DNA of 64,000 nucleotides from Candidatus Omnitrophota bacterium (GCA_022709525.1 JAKLIQ010000001.1:210679-274678), one strand, 5' to 3'. Shown: positions 38,377 through 48,376, counted from the first letter of the stretch. The notes: generated from the sequence alone by a model not told the origin. Numbers and translations: made by a program.

Positions 38377-38742
38377 ATGAGACCATTCTCCTTAACTCTT
38401 TCTTCGGTTCGGACGCGAGCCCTCGCGGCTCTCGTCCTTTTTTGTTTCTTGTCGGGGACCGCTTACGCCGGTTTTTTTGAGTCAAGCGACTGGACGCAGG
38501 AACCCACTTACCTCGGCAAGATCTCGCGTAAGCTCGGTTTCGGGTTCCTCAACATGACGGCCGGCTGGACAGCTTTATTCTATGAGCCCTGCAAGGATCA
38601 GAACTTCTTTGTTGGCGTCGGCAAAGGCCTTGGCTATATGGTGACAAACACGGTGGGCGGTGTGATCCACGCGGCCACATTTCCTATTCCTTTGGATGTT
38701 CCTCTTCCGCACGGCGGGATCGCCTATGAATATCAAAGCTAG
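38377..38742 (+). CDS. Small secreted protein, paralog family A
   Basis: Signal peptide. Conserved W/G-rich core shared with 21886 and 38726. Confidence 0.55.
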   Translation: MRPFSLTLSSVRTRALAALVLFCFLSGTAYAGFFESSDWTQEPTYLGKISRKLGFGFLNMTAGWTALFYEPCKDQNFFVGVGKGLGYMVTNTVGGVIHAATFPIPLDVPLPHGGIAYEYQS

Positions 38743-39133
38743 CCGTTTTTTTCTCGCGTTTGCCGTCATAGCCGTTTTTATGCTGGCAGGCATTGCGCCG
38801 GCGCATGCGTCACCTTGGGCGGAGAAAAAAACATACGGGGAAAAAACGATGGGGAAACTCGGTTTTGGCCTCAAGAATTCTTTGCTGGGATGGATGACCC
38901 CCTGGGCCGAAGCCAGGAATTCCAAGTATTCCAAACAATGGGTCGGTTTCTCGGCCGGGATCGGCAAAGGCGCGATCAATATGATCGGCGGGGTGATCCA
39001 GCTCGGCACTTTTTTTATCCCAGTCGATTTCCCGGATATTGGACAGGGATTGCCTATTCCGGATCCGGAAAAAGCTAAAAATCCACCCAAACCCTACGCC
39101 CCTTACACGAAAAAGCCCAACCCGTTCTTTTAA
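38726..39133 (+). CDS. Small secreted protein, paralog family A, tandem copy with Pro/Lys-rich tail
   Basis: Signal peptide 'MNIKASRFFLAFAVIAVFMLAGIAPAHA'; same core motifs. Confidence 0.55.
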   Translation: MNIKASRFFLAFAVIAVFMLAGIAPAHASPWAEKKTYGEKTMGKLGFGLKNSLLGWMTPWAEARNSKYSKQWVGFSAGIGKGAINMIGGVIQLGTFFIPVDFPDIGQGLPIPDPEKAKNPPKPYAPYTKKPNPFF

Positions 39134-39247
39134 GGATCGGTTCCCCGTTCGATTCCCGCCGTTATTCCCAAGAAGGGGGGAGTTTGATATAATGCGCCCC
39201 TCGTGCATCCTTGAGTTTCGATCCATCAACCCATTTCAGGATAGACC

Positions 39248-40444
39248 ATGCTAAAACAGCCGATATCTTTCGAACCGACCGGACGCCTCCAAAAACTGCC
39301 CCCTTATCTTTTTGCCGAGATCGATAAAAAGAAACGGGAACTGATCGCCAAAGGCAAAGATGTGATCGACCTTGGCGTAGGCGACCCTGACATTCCGACC
39401 GCGGATTTCATCATCGAAGCTTTAAGCGCCGCCGCCAGGAACCCGCGCAATCACCGCTACGCGCTCGATCAGGGCATGCCCGAATTCCGCCACGCGATCC
39501 GCGACTGGTTCCAACACCGTTTCGGCGTCAAGCTTGATCCGGACAAGGAGATCCTGCCGCTCATCGGGTCCAAAGAAGGCATCGGCCATCTCCCGCTCGC
39601 CGTCTTAAATCCCGGTAATGTCTGTCTTATCCCGGACCCCGGTTATCCCGTTTACCGGTCCGGAACGCTTTTCGCGGAAGGCATTCCTTACACAATGCCG
39701 CTCCTTGAAAAGAACCGCTACTTTCCGGATCTTGACGCGATCCCGGCGGATATCCTGAAGAACGCCAAACTCATGTTCCTCAATTATCCGAACAATCCGA
39801 CCTCGCAAGTCGCCGACAAGGCTTTTTTTGAAAAAGCGGTGGCGTTCGCGCATAAACACCGGATCCTGATCGCCCATGACGCGGCGTATTCAGAAATGAC
39901 CTTCGACGGTTTTAAGTCGCCGAGCATCCTCGAGATCCCCGGCGCGAAAGAGGTCGCTGTTGAGCTTTTCTCTCTTTCCAAGACCTACAGCATGACAGGC
40001 TGGCGTGTCGGCTTCGCCGTCGGCAATGCGCAAGTGATCGCGCTTCTCGCGAAGGTAAAATCAAACCTGGATTCCGGTATTTTCCAAGCGATCCAGATCG
40101 CCGGCATGACGGCGCTTCAGGAAGGACAGAAGACGCTGGAGCAGAATCTCAAGATCTATCAGGAGCGCCGCGACCTTTTGGTCCAGGGGCTTCGTGATCT
40201 TGGATGGAAAATTGAAGCGCCGAAAGGGACCTTTTATGTCTGGATCCCGGTCCCGGCCGGTTACACCTCCGCGGAATTGGCCCTGAAATTCCTTGAAGAG
40301 CTCAATATCGTCGTGACGCCGGGCAACGGATTCGGCCCCAACGGCGAAGGGTATTTCCGGATCTCGCTGACTATGGCCGAATCGCGGATCATGGAAGCCC
40401 TGGACCGGATCAAAAAAAGTCATCCGCATCACTCAAAGCTTTAA
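39248..40444 (+). CDS. dapL: LL-diaminopimelate aminotransferase (DapL-type class I aminotransferase)
   Basis: N-terminal 'YLFAEI...IDLGVGDPDIP' DapL hallmark. PLP-lysine 'SLSKTYSMTGWRVG'. Confidence 0.75.
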   Translation: MLKQPISFEPTGRLQKLPPYLFAEIDKKKRELIAKGKDVIDLGVGDPDIPTADFIIEALSAAARNPRNHRYALDQGMPEFRHAIRDWFQHRFGVKLDPDKEILPLIGSKEGIGHLPLAVLNPGNVCLIPDPGYPVYRSGTLFAEGIPYTMPLLEKNRYFPDLDAIPADILKNAKLMFLNYPNNPTSQVADKAFFEKAVAFAHKHRILIAHDAAYSEMTFDGFKSPSILEIPGAKEVAVELFSLSKTYSMTGWRVGFAVGNAQVIALLAKVKSNLDSGIFQAIQIAGMTALQEGQKTLEQNLKIYQERRDLLVQGLRDLGWKIEAPKGTFYVWIPVPAGYTSAELALKFLEELNIVVTPGNGFGPNGEGYFRISLTMAESRIMEALDRIKKSHPHHSKL

Positions 40445-40460
40445 GACGGTCCGGTCGCCC

Positions 40461-40946
40461 ATGCCCAAAGTCTTTATCGGGGTTGGATCCAATCTCGGAG
40501 ACCGGGCGGGTTACCTTGAATCAGCCCGGAAAGAAATCCTTTCAATCAAAGGCATCCGCGACCTTCGATGCTCTCCGGTCTATGAAACAGAACCTGTGGC
40601 GGCCGAAGGCGGCTCTTTCCTGAATGGGGTCTGGAGTTTTGAAACGGAATTAACTCCCCGGGAGATCCTTCAAAACCTTTGGGCGATCGAAACAAAAGCG
40701 GGACGCCGGCGCGATAAAATAAATAGCGCACGGACGCTCGATCTGGATCTCCTTTTTTACGGGGATGAAACGATCCGGGAAAAAGATCTGATCGTGCCGC
40801 ATCCGCGGCTTCATGAGCGGGGATTTGTGATCGCGCCCTTTTGCGATCTCGCGCCGGATCGGGTTCATCCAGTGTTAAAAGAAAACATAGCGACGCTTAA
40901 AAAACGTCTGGGCAGGATCTTAGGCATCCGGAAGATAAAAACATGA
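40461..40946 (+). CDS. folK: 2-amino-4-hydroxy-6-hydroxymethyldihydropteridine pyrophosphokinase
   Basis: 'VFIGVGSNLGDR...SPVYETEPV...LDLDLL'. Confidence 0.85.
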   Translation: MPKVFIGVGSNLGDRAGYLESARKEILSIKGIRDLRCSPVYETEPVAAEGGSFLNGVWSFETELTPREILQNLWAIETKAGRRRDKINSARTLDLDLLFYGDETIREKDLIVPHPRLHERGFVIAPFCDLAPDRVHPVLKENIATLKKRLGRILGIRKIKT

Positions 40947-41791
40947 AGATCATTCGCGATCCATGTCAGCTTCAAAAAATACTTCAAAGGGAGCGGGCTC
41001 GAGGCAAGGCGGTCGGTTTTGTTCCGACCATGGGCGCGTTGCACGAAGGGCACCTTTCCCTTGTCCGCGCATCAGACCGCGCGAACGATGTGACGGTCGT
41101 AAGTATTTTCGTTAACCCGACGCAATTCGGCCCTAAAGAAGATTTTAAAAAATACCCGCGCACGCTCGGGACGGATCTAAAAAAACTCCGGAAAACAAAA
41201 ACCGATTATCTTTTTCTTCCTTCAGTCGCGGCGATGTATCCCGAAGGCTGCATAACCCATGTCGAAGTTGATCCGAAATTGTCCGGCACCCTTTGCGGCA
41301 AATTCCGCCCGGGGCACTTCCGGGGCGTAGCGACAGTAGTCGTAAAGCTTCTCAATATCGTCGGGCCTTGCCGCCTTTATCTGGGCTCCAAGGATTACCA
41401 ACAGGCAGCGATCCTAAACCGTGTTGTCGAAGACCTTAGGATCGACTGCAGAGTCCATGTCATGCCGACGGTGCGCGAAGCGGACGGGCTTGCGATGAGT
41501 TCACGGAACCGTTACCTGAGCTCCTCGGAAAGGCGCCGGGCGCTTGGGATCTCACGCGTCCTTACGGCTTTAAAGCGGGATATTTTGAAAAAACGCGGGG
41601 CGATCGCCAGGTTGAAAGTGCTGGCGTTAAAAGAACTGAAAAAAAACGTCGACCGCGTTCAATATCTTGAAGTCGTGGATCCCGTAACGCTTCACCCGCT
41701 CAGGAAATATCAAAAGAAAATGACCGCTTTGGCAGCCTGTTTTGTCGGCAAGACAAGACTGATCGATAATGTTATAATCCGTTCCCAGTAA
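40943..41791 (+). CDS. panC: Pantoate--beta-alanine ligase
   Basis: 'GFVPTMGALHEGHLSLV'; overlaps the folK stop. Confidence 0.9.
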   Translation: MKIIRDPCQLQKILQRERARGKAVGFVPTMGALHEGHLSLVRASDRANDVTVVSIFVNPTQFGPKEDFKKYPRTLGTDLKKLRKTKTDYLFLPSVAAMYPEGCITHVEVDPKLSGTLCGKFRPGHFRGVATVVVKLLNIVGPCRLYLGSKDYQQAAILNRVVEDLRIDCRVHVMPTVREADGLAMSSRNRYLSSSERRRALGISRVLTALKRDILKKRGAIARLKVLALKELKKNVDRVQYLEVVDPVTLHPLRKYQKKMTALAACFVGKTRLIDNVIIRSQ

Positions 41792-41819
41792 TCAGAGGTC
41801 AGCCGTCAGCTGTCAATTT

Positions 41820-42185
41820 ATGCAGAAACAGAAATTCAGAAATTTTAAAGTTTGGCAGCGGGCTATGGATTTGGTGGAAAAAATCTACCGCCTCACTGAA
41901 CATTTTCCTTCGTCCGAAAAATTTGGACTGACAAGTCAATTGCGTCGTTCAGCAAGTTCAATCGCATTGAATATTGCCGAGGGAAGCGCTTCAAGCTCTC
42001 CAAGCGAATTTGGAAGGTTCTTGGAGATTTCTCTAAGATCCAATTATGAATTGGTCTGCGGTATTGAAATCGCCAAAAGGCTAGGTTATTGTCGATGTTT
42101 AGAAAAAGACAGTTTACTGGCAGAACTGGATGAAATCGCCGCCATGCTGTCTGGTTTTAAAAAGAAACTAAAAACCGATCACTGA
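41820..42185 (+). CDS. Four-helix-bundle protein of the 23S-rRNA-intervening-sequence (IVS) family, lying between panC and panD
   Basis: 'FKVWQRAMDLVEKIYRLTEHFPSSEKFGLTSQLRRSASSIALNIAEGS'. Confidence 0.75.
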   Translation: MQKQKFRNFKVWQRAMDLVEKIYRLTEHFPSSEKFGLTSQLRRSASSIALNIAEGSASSSPSEFGRFLEISLRSNYELVCGIEIAKRLGYCRCLEKDSLLAELDEIAAMLSGFKKKLKTDH

Positions 42186-42210
42186 TCACTGAAAACTGAA
42201 AGCTGAGTGT

Positions 42211-42573
42211 ATGCAACGACAGATCATGCACGGAAAGATCCACCGCGCGACAGTCACGGAAGCGCATCTTGATTATCCCGGCAGCATCACGATCGATAAG
42301 AAACTTATGGATAAAGCCGGCATCCTGCATCACGAAAAAGTCCTGATCGCCAATCTGACGAATGGTTCTCGCATCGAAAGTTACGCCATCCCCGGGCCTG
42401 CAGGTTCGGGAGTGATCTGTCTCAACGGCGGAGCCGCCAAACACGGTAAGGCGGGTGATATGGTCATCATTCTCGCTTTCGGAGTGATGTCTGAAAAAGA
42501 AGCTAAGAATTATCAACCCAAGATCGTCTATGTTGACCGTCACAACCGCATTGTGAAGAAAAAATCAAAATGA
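42211..42573 (+). CDS. panD: Aspartate 1-decarboxylase
   Basis: 'MHGKIHRATVTEAHLDYPGSITID' (pyruvoyl Ser in GSIT). Confidence 0.9.
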   Translation: MQRQIMHGKIHRATVTEAHLDYPGSITIDKKLMDKAGILHHEKVLIANLTNGSRIESYAIPGPAGSGVICLNGGAAKHGKAGDMVIILAFGVMSEKEAKNYQPKIVYVDRHNRIVKKKSK

Positions 42574-43385
42574 AAAGAAAGATCAAGGTCGGGATCATCG
42601 GGGGAGGGACGATCGGCACAGCTCTCGCGCATGCCGTGGTGGCCGATCTTAAGGCCTTCGCGCAACTCCGCTTCCTTTGTGAAAAACACAAAGAGAAGGC
42701 CGCGACACTTCAAAAAAAATTTCAATTTCACGCCAAACTCGTTCCCATGACGCAATTGGTCCGGCGCTCGGACCTTATTATCGAAGCCGCTTCACCGAAG
42801 GTTGCGGCGCAGGTCGTCAAACTCGCTTGTAAATGGAATAAAAAAGTTCTCATCATGAGTGTCGGCGGACTGCTTCAGCCGCAGATCGCGGAGCTTCTTA
42901 AGAAAAACCTTTCCCGTATTTTTTGCCCTTCCGGCGCTATTACAGGTGTCGACGGCGTTCTGGCGGCGGCCAACGGAAAGATCCGCAAGGTCCGGCTGAT
43001 CACACGGAAACCTCCCGAAGCCTTGATGGGCGCGGCTTATTTTCTTAAGAAAAGATTCCCCGTTCTCAAAACTTCTTCTGAAGAACGGCGTGTTTTCCGC
43101 GGAGTCGCGGCGGAAGCCATCGAACATTTTCCGCAGAATATCAATGTCGCGGCCGTTTTAAGCCTCGCCGGGCTTGGCCCCGAAAAGACCCAGGTCGAGA
43201 TCTGGACCTCCCGCGCCTACAAAGGAAACCAGCACGAGGTCCTGGTGGAAGGCGATTTCGGGACTTTCACCACCGTTACGAAGAACCGGCCCGCTCCGGG
43301 GAATCCCAAGACCAGCTATCTCGCCATCCTTTCGGCGATCGCCACGCTTAAAAAAGCGTTCGCTTCCGTTCGCGTCGGCACTTAG
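42570..43385 (+). CDS. L-aspartate dehydrogenase-like (NadX family)
   Basis: Rossmann 'VGIIGGGTIG'; 'CPSGAITGVDG', 'NPKTSYLAI'. Coupled to the panD stop. Confidence 0.6.
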   Translation: MKRKIKVGIIGGGTIGTALAHAVVADLKAFAQLRFLCEKHKEKAATLQKKFQFHAKLVPMTQLVRRSDLIIEAASPKVAAQVVKLACKWNKKVLIMSVGGLLQPQIAELLKKNLSRIFCPSGAITGVDGVLAAANGKIRKVRLITRKPPEALMGAAYFLKKRFPVLKTSSEERRVFRGVAAEAIEHFPQNINVAAVLSLAGLGPEKTQVEIWTSRAYKGNQHEVLVEGDFGTFTTVTKNRPAPGNPKTSYLAILSAIATLKKAFASVRVGT

Positions 43386-43413
43386 ACGGAGCCCGGCCGG
43401 AAGGATCCCGCGC

Positions 43414-46188
43414 ATGGAAGAATTCATCGAGATCCAAGGGGCCCGAGAGCACAATCTCAAGAACCTCTCGCTCAAAATTCCCCGGAATAAATTCACGGTC
43501 GTGACCGGCCTCTCGGGTTCCGGAAAATCCTCGCTCGCCTTCGATACCATTTATGCCGAAGGCCAGCGCCGCTATCTTGAAAGCCTTTCTTCCTACGCGA
43601 AGCAATTCCTCGAAAAACTTAAAAAACCGGATGTCGATCATATCTCCGGTCTTTCGCCCGCGATCGCGATCGAGCAGCGTTCCGTTACGCATAACCCGCG
43701 CTCTACCGTCGCGACCGTTACCGAGATTTACGATTATCTCAGGCTTCTTTTCGCCAAGGTCGGGACATCGCATTGTCCTTCCTGCGGCGAAACGCTCCGC
43801 GGCCAGACCCGCCAGGAACTCTTTCAGGACCTTCTTCAGCGTTTTTCGGGGAAAGACATCCAAATCCTGGCGCCGCTCGTGCGCGGCCGCAAAGGGGAAT
43901 TCCAGAAACTTTTTCAGGATGCCCTCAAAAAAGGCTTCGACCGGGCCCGCATCGACGGCCATGTCAGGATCGTCAAGCCGGAGATGAAGCTCCGGAAGTC
44001 ATTCCGGCACGATATCGAGATCGTCATCGATGAACTGATGCCTTCCGCGGATGAAGATAGGCGGTTCAAAAATTCGCTAATGTGCGCGCTAGACCTCGCC
44101 AAAGGCCATGTCGCGATCCTGGAGCGATCACGGGAAAAATCGGCACAGCCTCATTTCTTTTCCACCACCAAGACCTGCGCCAAATGCCAGCTCAGTTTGC
44201 CGGACCTGACCCCCAACATGTTCTCCTTTAACAGTCCTTACGGCGCCTGCGCCAGATGCAAGGGTCTCGGGAAGCTTTCCCAGGTTTTCGTCAAAGGTCT
44301 GATCGCGTCGCCGCAAAAACCGCTCATGAACGCGCTCCATCAGGATGTTTTTTTCTCGTTCAATAAATATTTCATCGAAGACCTCCTTCATGACCTGACG
44401 CAAAAATACAATTTCGAATGGGATACGCCGTACCAGGATTGGCCGGAGGACGCCAAGGAGGCCTTTTTCTTGGGGGATGGCGACATTTCCGGGCTTGTCG
44501 AAGAATGGGAACGGCTTTTCCATGAAACGAATTCCGAGGAAGTGCGCGCGAAGATCCGGAAATTCCTGCGGGAAGAAGTTTGTCCGGAGTGCGCGGGCAA
44601 ACGCCTTCGTAAGGAAAGTCTTGGCGTTCTCGTTGCCGGAAAAAACATCGCGGAGATAACGGCCCTTGCCGTTGAGGAAGTGGCGCCGTTCTTTCAAGCG
44701 CTCCGCTTCGAAGACTCGGAAAAAATGATCGCCGAACCCATCTTGCGGGAGATCCGGGAGCGGCTCGCGTTCCTTCTAAATATCGGTCTCGGATATCTCA
44801 CGCTCGACCGCACGGTCGCGACGCTTGCCGGCGGGGAGTTGCAGCGCATCCGTCTGGCTGCCCAGATCGGTTTAGGGCTTACGGGCGTTCTTTATGTGTT
44901 GGACGAACCGAGCATCGGCCTGCATCCCCGAGATAACGGAAAACTACTTGATGCGCTGGAAAAACTCCGGGACCTTAAAAATACAGTCCTTGTCGTGGAG
45001 CATGACGAAGAAACGATCCGGCGCGCCGATCATGTGATCGATCTTGGGCCGGGCGCCGGGATCGAAGGGGGCAAAGTCGTTGCTCAAGGACCGTTGACAG
45101 AACTTAAGGATTGTCCCGATTCGCTGACACTTCAATATCTCTCCGGCGCGCGTTCGATCGAAGTGCCGAAAAAAAGAAAATTTGATCCCAAAGCCCCAAA
45201 GCTCATCGTCAGAGGATGTCGTGAGCACAACCTCAAAGACATCGACGCGGTTTTTCCCCTCGGACATTTTATTTGTGTTACCGGCGTGTCCGGCTCGGGG
45301 AAAAGCACGCTTGTTCACGATATCCTCTACAAAGAGCTCCATAACCGGATCTGGAAGACCCAGTATAAAGCCGGTGCTTTCGGGACCCTTGAAGGGGCGG
45401 AATCGATCGACAAGATCATCGAGATCGACCAAGCTCCCATCGGCCGGACGCCACGCTCCAATCCGGCGACCTATACGGATATCTTTGCTTTTATCCGCAA
45501 GCTCTATAGCGATATGGAGCTTTCAAAGCTCCGTCGCTACTCGCAATCGCGCTTCAGCTTCAATCTCAAAGGCGGCCGTTGCGAGACATGCCGCGGGATG
45601 GGGTTCGAGAAACTTGAAATGAGCTTCATGCCGGATCTTTTCGTGGTCTGCGAATCCTGCCGGGGCAAACGTTACAACGAACCGACCCTCGATGTCCGCT
45701 ATCAGGGAAAAAATATTGCGGAAGTTCTGGACCTTTCGGTGCGCGAAGCGATCGGTTTTTTCAAGAAATTCTCCATGATCCGCGAGCGGCTTGAAATTCT
45801 GGATGCGGTCGGTTTAGGGTACGTGAAGCTCGGGCAATCATCCGCCACGCTTTCAGGCGGGGAGGCGCAGCGCATCAAGATCGCGGCCGAACTTATCAAG
45901 AAAGCCACCGGAAAAACACTTTATCTTTTGGATGAACCTACAACGGGGCTTCATTTCGGCGATATCCAGCATCTTTTGAACGCGCTTTTTGAGCTTCGCG
46001 ATCAGGGGAATACCGTTGTCGTGATCGAGCATAATCTTGATGTCATCAAGACAGCCGATCATGTGATCGATCTGGGCCCTGAAGGCGGGAAGGACGGCGG
46101 GCGTGTCGTGGCTTGCGGTTCCCCGGAAGAGGTCGCGGATGTCCCTGGCTCCTATACGGGACAATTTCTCCGGAAGATTCTCAAGTAA
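43414..46188 (+). CDS. uvrA: Excinuclease ABC subunit A
   Basis: Two ABC ATPase modules, zinc fingers, conserved N-terminus 'MEEFIEIQGAREHNLKN'. The ORF-track start at 43174 is an extension; RBS GGAAGGA before 43414. Confidence 0.9.
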   Translation: MEEFIEIQGAREHNLKNLSLKIPRNKFTVVTGLSGSGKSSLAFDTIYAEGQRRYLESLSSYAKQFLEKLKKPDVDHISGLSPAIAIEQRSVTHNPRSTVATVTEIYDYLRLLFAKVGTSHCPSCGETLRGQTRQELFQDLLQRFSGKDIQILAPLVRGRKGEFQKLFQDALKKGFDRARIDGHVRIVKPEMKLRKSFRHDIEIVIDELMPSADEDRRFKNSLMCALDLAKGHVAILERSREKSAQPHFFSTTKTCAKCQLSLPDLTPNMFSFNSPYGACARCKGLGKLSQVFVKGLIASPQKPLMNALHQDVFFSFNKYFIEDLLHDLTQKYNFEWDTPYQDWPEDAKEAFFLGDGDISGLVEEWERLFHETNSEEVRAKIRKFLREEVCPECAGKRLRKESLGVLVAGKNIAEITALAVEEVAPFFQALRFEDSEKMIAEPILREIRERLAFLLNIGLGYLTLDRTVATLAGGELQRIRLAAQIGLGLTGVLYVLDEPSIGLHPRDNGKLLDALEKLRDLKNTVLVVEHDEETIRRADHVIDLGPGAGIEGGKVVAQGPLTELKDCPDSLTLQYLSGARSIEVPKKRKFDPKAPKLIVRGCREHNLKDIDAVFPLGHFICVTGVSGSGKSTLVHDILYKELHNRIWKTQYKAGAFGTLEGAESIDKIIEIDQAPIGRTPRSNPATYTDIFAFIRKLYSDMELSKLRRYSQSRFSFNLKGGRCETCRGMGFEKLEMSFMPDLFVVCESCRGKRYNEPTLDVRYQGKNIAEVLDLSVREAIGFFKKFSMIRERLEILDAVGLGYVKLGQSSATLSGGEAQRIKIAAELIKKATGKTLYLLDEPTTGLHFGDIQHLLNALFELRDQGNTVVVIEHNLDVIKTADHVIDLGPEGGKDGGRVVACGSPEEVADVPGSYTGQFLRKILK

Positions 46189-46200
46189 AATAACCCTTTG

Positions 46201-46226
46201 AGTGCCTGGCTCTAGAGCCAGGCACT
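46201..46226 (+). terminator. Perfect 11-bp hairpin (agtgcctggct-ctag-agccaggcact) after uvrA, with no T-run
   Basis: Read directly; terminator-like or REP-like. Confidence 0.4.
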
Positions 46227-46364
46227 GGAGGGGTAGTGGCTATTGTGGATGAATACCATCGTTCCTTCGAAGGAAAAATAATAAAGTTCTTTTAATCAGA
46301 ATCACTTTTTGCTATATTGTGCACGTTCGTTTGATAAAAATCCTGTTTCAAAAGGAGTCCCCTC

Positions 46365-46568
46365 ATGATCATGGAAATTGGAATTGTGGCCGGAGAGATC
46401 TGGCACTTCCTTGATGAAAAAAAGAACGCTACTGCGGATGAACTCACCAAAGGATTGAAGCGCCCCCGCGATCTTGTGCTTATGAGTCTCGGCTGGCTTG
46501 CTCGCGAAGGTCATATCACCCTAGGGACTCCGGAAAGCGGTTACTCGGCGACGCTGAACCGAAAATAA
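46365..46568 (+). CDS. Small winged-helix-like protein
   Basis: AGGAG RBS; 67 aa. Confidence 0.45.
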   Translation: MIMEIGIVAGEIWHFLDEKKNATADELTKGLKRPRDLVLMSLGWLAREGHITLGTPESGYSATLNRK

Positions 46569-46577
46569 TCAAGACGC

Positions 46578-46895
46578 GTGAAATATTTCTGCGTTCTTAC
46601 GACAGTTCCAAAAATTTCAAAGGCCCGCTCGTTAGCGGGCCTTTTAATTTCTAAACGCCTTGCGGCTTGCGTCCAGATCCTTCCCGGCCTCGAATCCCAT
46701 TACCGCTGGCGCGGCAAAAAAGAAACCGCCAAAGAAATCCTTCTCCTGATCAAAACTCGCGCGTCTGCTTATAAGAAGCTCGAAAAAGCCATTCTTCAAA
46801 ATCATCCCTACGAAGTCCCCGAGATCGTCGCCTTTCCCATCACCAAAGGCAGTAAAACCTATCTTGATTGGATCGATGCGGAAGTGAAGAAGTAA
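46578..46895 (+). CDS. cutA: CutA1 divalent-cation tolerance protein (PII-like)
   Basis: 'AACVQILPGLESHYRWRGK...HPYEVPEIVAFPI'. Confidence 0.75.
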   Translation: MKYFCVLTTVPKISKARSLAGLLISKRLAACVQILPGLESHYRWRGKKETAKEILLLIKTRASAYKKLEKAILQNHPYEVPEIVAFPITKGSKTYLDWIDAEVKK

Positions 46896-46900
46896 AAAGT

Positions 46901-47455
46901 TCAGATCTTGGAAGGGGAGACCGCGATAAAGATTTTTGCGGGTTTCTGGCCTTCGTTCACGATCTGATGGGGGAAGGAGGCGTCGAAGTAAAGCGTTTCC
47001 TGCGCCTTGAGGTCGTATTCCTGGCTCTCAAGCTTGATCTTGATGTGCCCGTCGATCACCCACACGAATTTTTCAACGCCCCGCTCATTGTGTTCTTTCT
47101 CGGTTTTGCCTCCGCCCTGGAGCGTTAGAAGGAGAGGCGTGATCTTTTTCTTCGAGCTTTCCTGCGTGAGCAGTTCGACATGGACATCTTTAGTGTGATG
47201 CGTGGCCGTGCGGGCTTCTTTGGCTTGATGGCTGATCTGTTCGTACCGGCGATCCACCCCGGAATAAAGTTCCGCAAGCCCGATCCCGAGCGTTTCGGCG
47301 ATCTTCTCGTGCGATTCCACCGTCCCGATCATAGTACCGGTCTCGATGCGGGAGAGGGTAGCCTGGGCGATGCCGGTCTTTTGGGAGATCTCAACCAGCG
47401 TGAGCCCTTTTTCCTTACGAAGCGAGCGGATTCGATTTCCTAGATTTTTGAGCAT
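46901..47455 (-). CDS. XRE-family HTH regulator with C-terminal cupin domain
   Basis: 'IRSLRKEKGLTLVEISQKTGIAQATLSRIETG'; cupin beta-barrel at the C-terminus. Confidence 0.75.
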   Translation of the reverse strand: MLKNLGNRIRSLRKEKGLTLVEISQKTGIAQATLSRIETGTMIGTVESHEKIAETLGIGLAELYSGVDRRYEQISHQAKEARTATHHTKDVHVELLTQESSKKKITPLLLTLQGGGKTEKEHNERGVEKFVWVIDGHIKIKLESQEYDLKAQETLYFDASFPHQIVNEGQKPAKIFIAVSPSKI

Positions 47456-47602
47456 GGACGCATTCTAACGGAAAGCTTCTTACCGTCAAGCTTAATATAA
47501 CTTAAATGAATAAAATAAGATATGATTTTATTTAAATATGATATTGACAAATAATCATATTTATGATAACCTCCCGTCAACGTCAAAAATGGAGGTGTAA
47601 AC

Positions 47603-47944
47603 ATGTTGTACCGAACAGAAGTGAAACAAGCTTTGGGCCTTGTGGTCCTGGCGACTTTTTTCTTTGGCGGCCTTTCCATGATCGCCGCGGAAAAAGCGCT
47701 GGCCGCGGAACCCAAAGCGGTTCTGCAGCTTCAGGGCCAGAACCAGCCCGCGGTGATGGTGAATGTCAATAAAGCCACCACCGAAGAGCTGATCAAGGTC
47801 CGGGGCATCGGGCCGGTCATGGCCAAGAGGATCATCGAGTATCGCGAGAAGAACGGCGCGTTCAAATCGATCGATGATCTGACGCAGGTCCAGGGGATCG
47901 GCGGCAATAAGCTGCAGAAGATCAAAGATCAAGTAACGGTTTAA
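47603..47944 (+). CDS. comEA: ComEA-like helix-hairpin-helix DNA-binding competence protein
   Basis: Signal/TM N-terminus. 'VNVNKATTEELIKVRGIGPVMAKRIIEYREKNGAFKSIDDL..VQGIG'. RBS GGAGGTG. Confidence 0.75.
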   Translation: MLYRTEVKQALGLVVLATFFFGGLSMIAAEKALAAEPKAVLQLQGQNQPAVMVNVNKATTEELIKVRGIGPVMAKRIIEYREKNGAFKSIDDLTQVQGIGGNKLQKIKDQVTV

Positions 47945-48018
47945 TACCGGAGCTTGAGACCCGTACGCGAGGGGACAGCCGCTTTTCCGGGGGCTGTCCC
48001 TTTGCGCTTTAAGGATCT

Positions 48019-48354
48019 ATGAAAGCCGATCAATTAAAAATTTCTGAGTCCACGAACAATTATTTCCGGTGTCTTGCGAAGGCGATGGACAGGACCCGCC
48101 AGTTGCTCTGCAGAAAAGATCTAACGCCAAGCCATAAAGGGATCCATTCCGTGAAATCTATTCTCTATGCCGCGATCGAGCGGGCGGGCATGGAATCGGA
48201 ACGCTTGATCTCCGCGCAGGAGCTTTTACGCGAACTCTTGGCGTTCGTAGCGCTTCAAGCGGACCCCGCGCCCGGCGAACGGGAGGAAGCGCTCAGGATC
48301 CTTAAAAAACTTCAAGCACACCACTTTATGATAAATAACGATGTTTCCAGATGA
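48019..48354 (+). CDS. Hypothetical protein (111 aa)
   Basis: ORF only. Confidence 0.35.
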   Translation: MKADQLKISESTNNYFRCLAKAMDRTRQLLCRKDLTPSHKGIHSVKSILYAAIERAGMESERLISAQELLRELLAFVALQADPAPGEREEALRILKKLQAHHFMINNDVSR

Positions 48355-48376
48355 TTTCAAATTTGAAATCTCAAAT
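48353..48376. repeat. Palindromic motif GATTTCAAATTTGAAATCTCAAAT (core TCAAATTTGA) upstream of the IVS-family gene
   Basis: Perfect palindrome CAAATTTG. Related copies at 48671-48702 and 48885-48908. Confidence 0.5.

Noticed and set aside
43174-43413. 240-nt N-terminal extension of the uvrA ORF
   Set aside because: The conserved UvrA N-terminus begins at 'MEEFIEIQGAREHNLKN' (ATG 43414) with a GGAAGGA RBS. The extension is Pro/Arg-rich and overlaps the AspDH gene.
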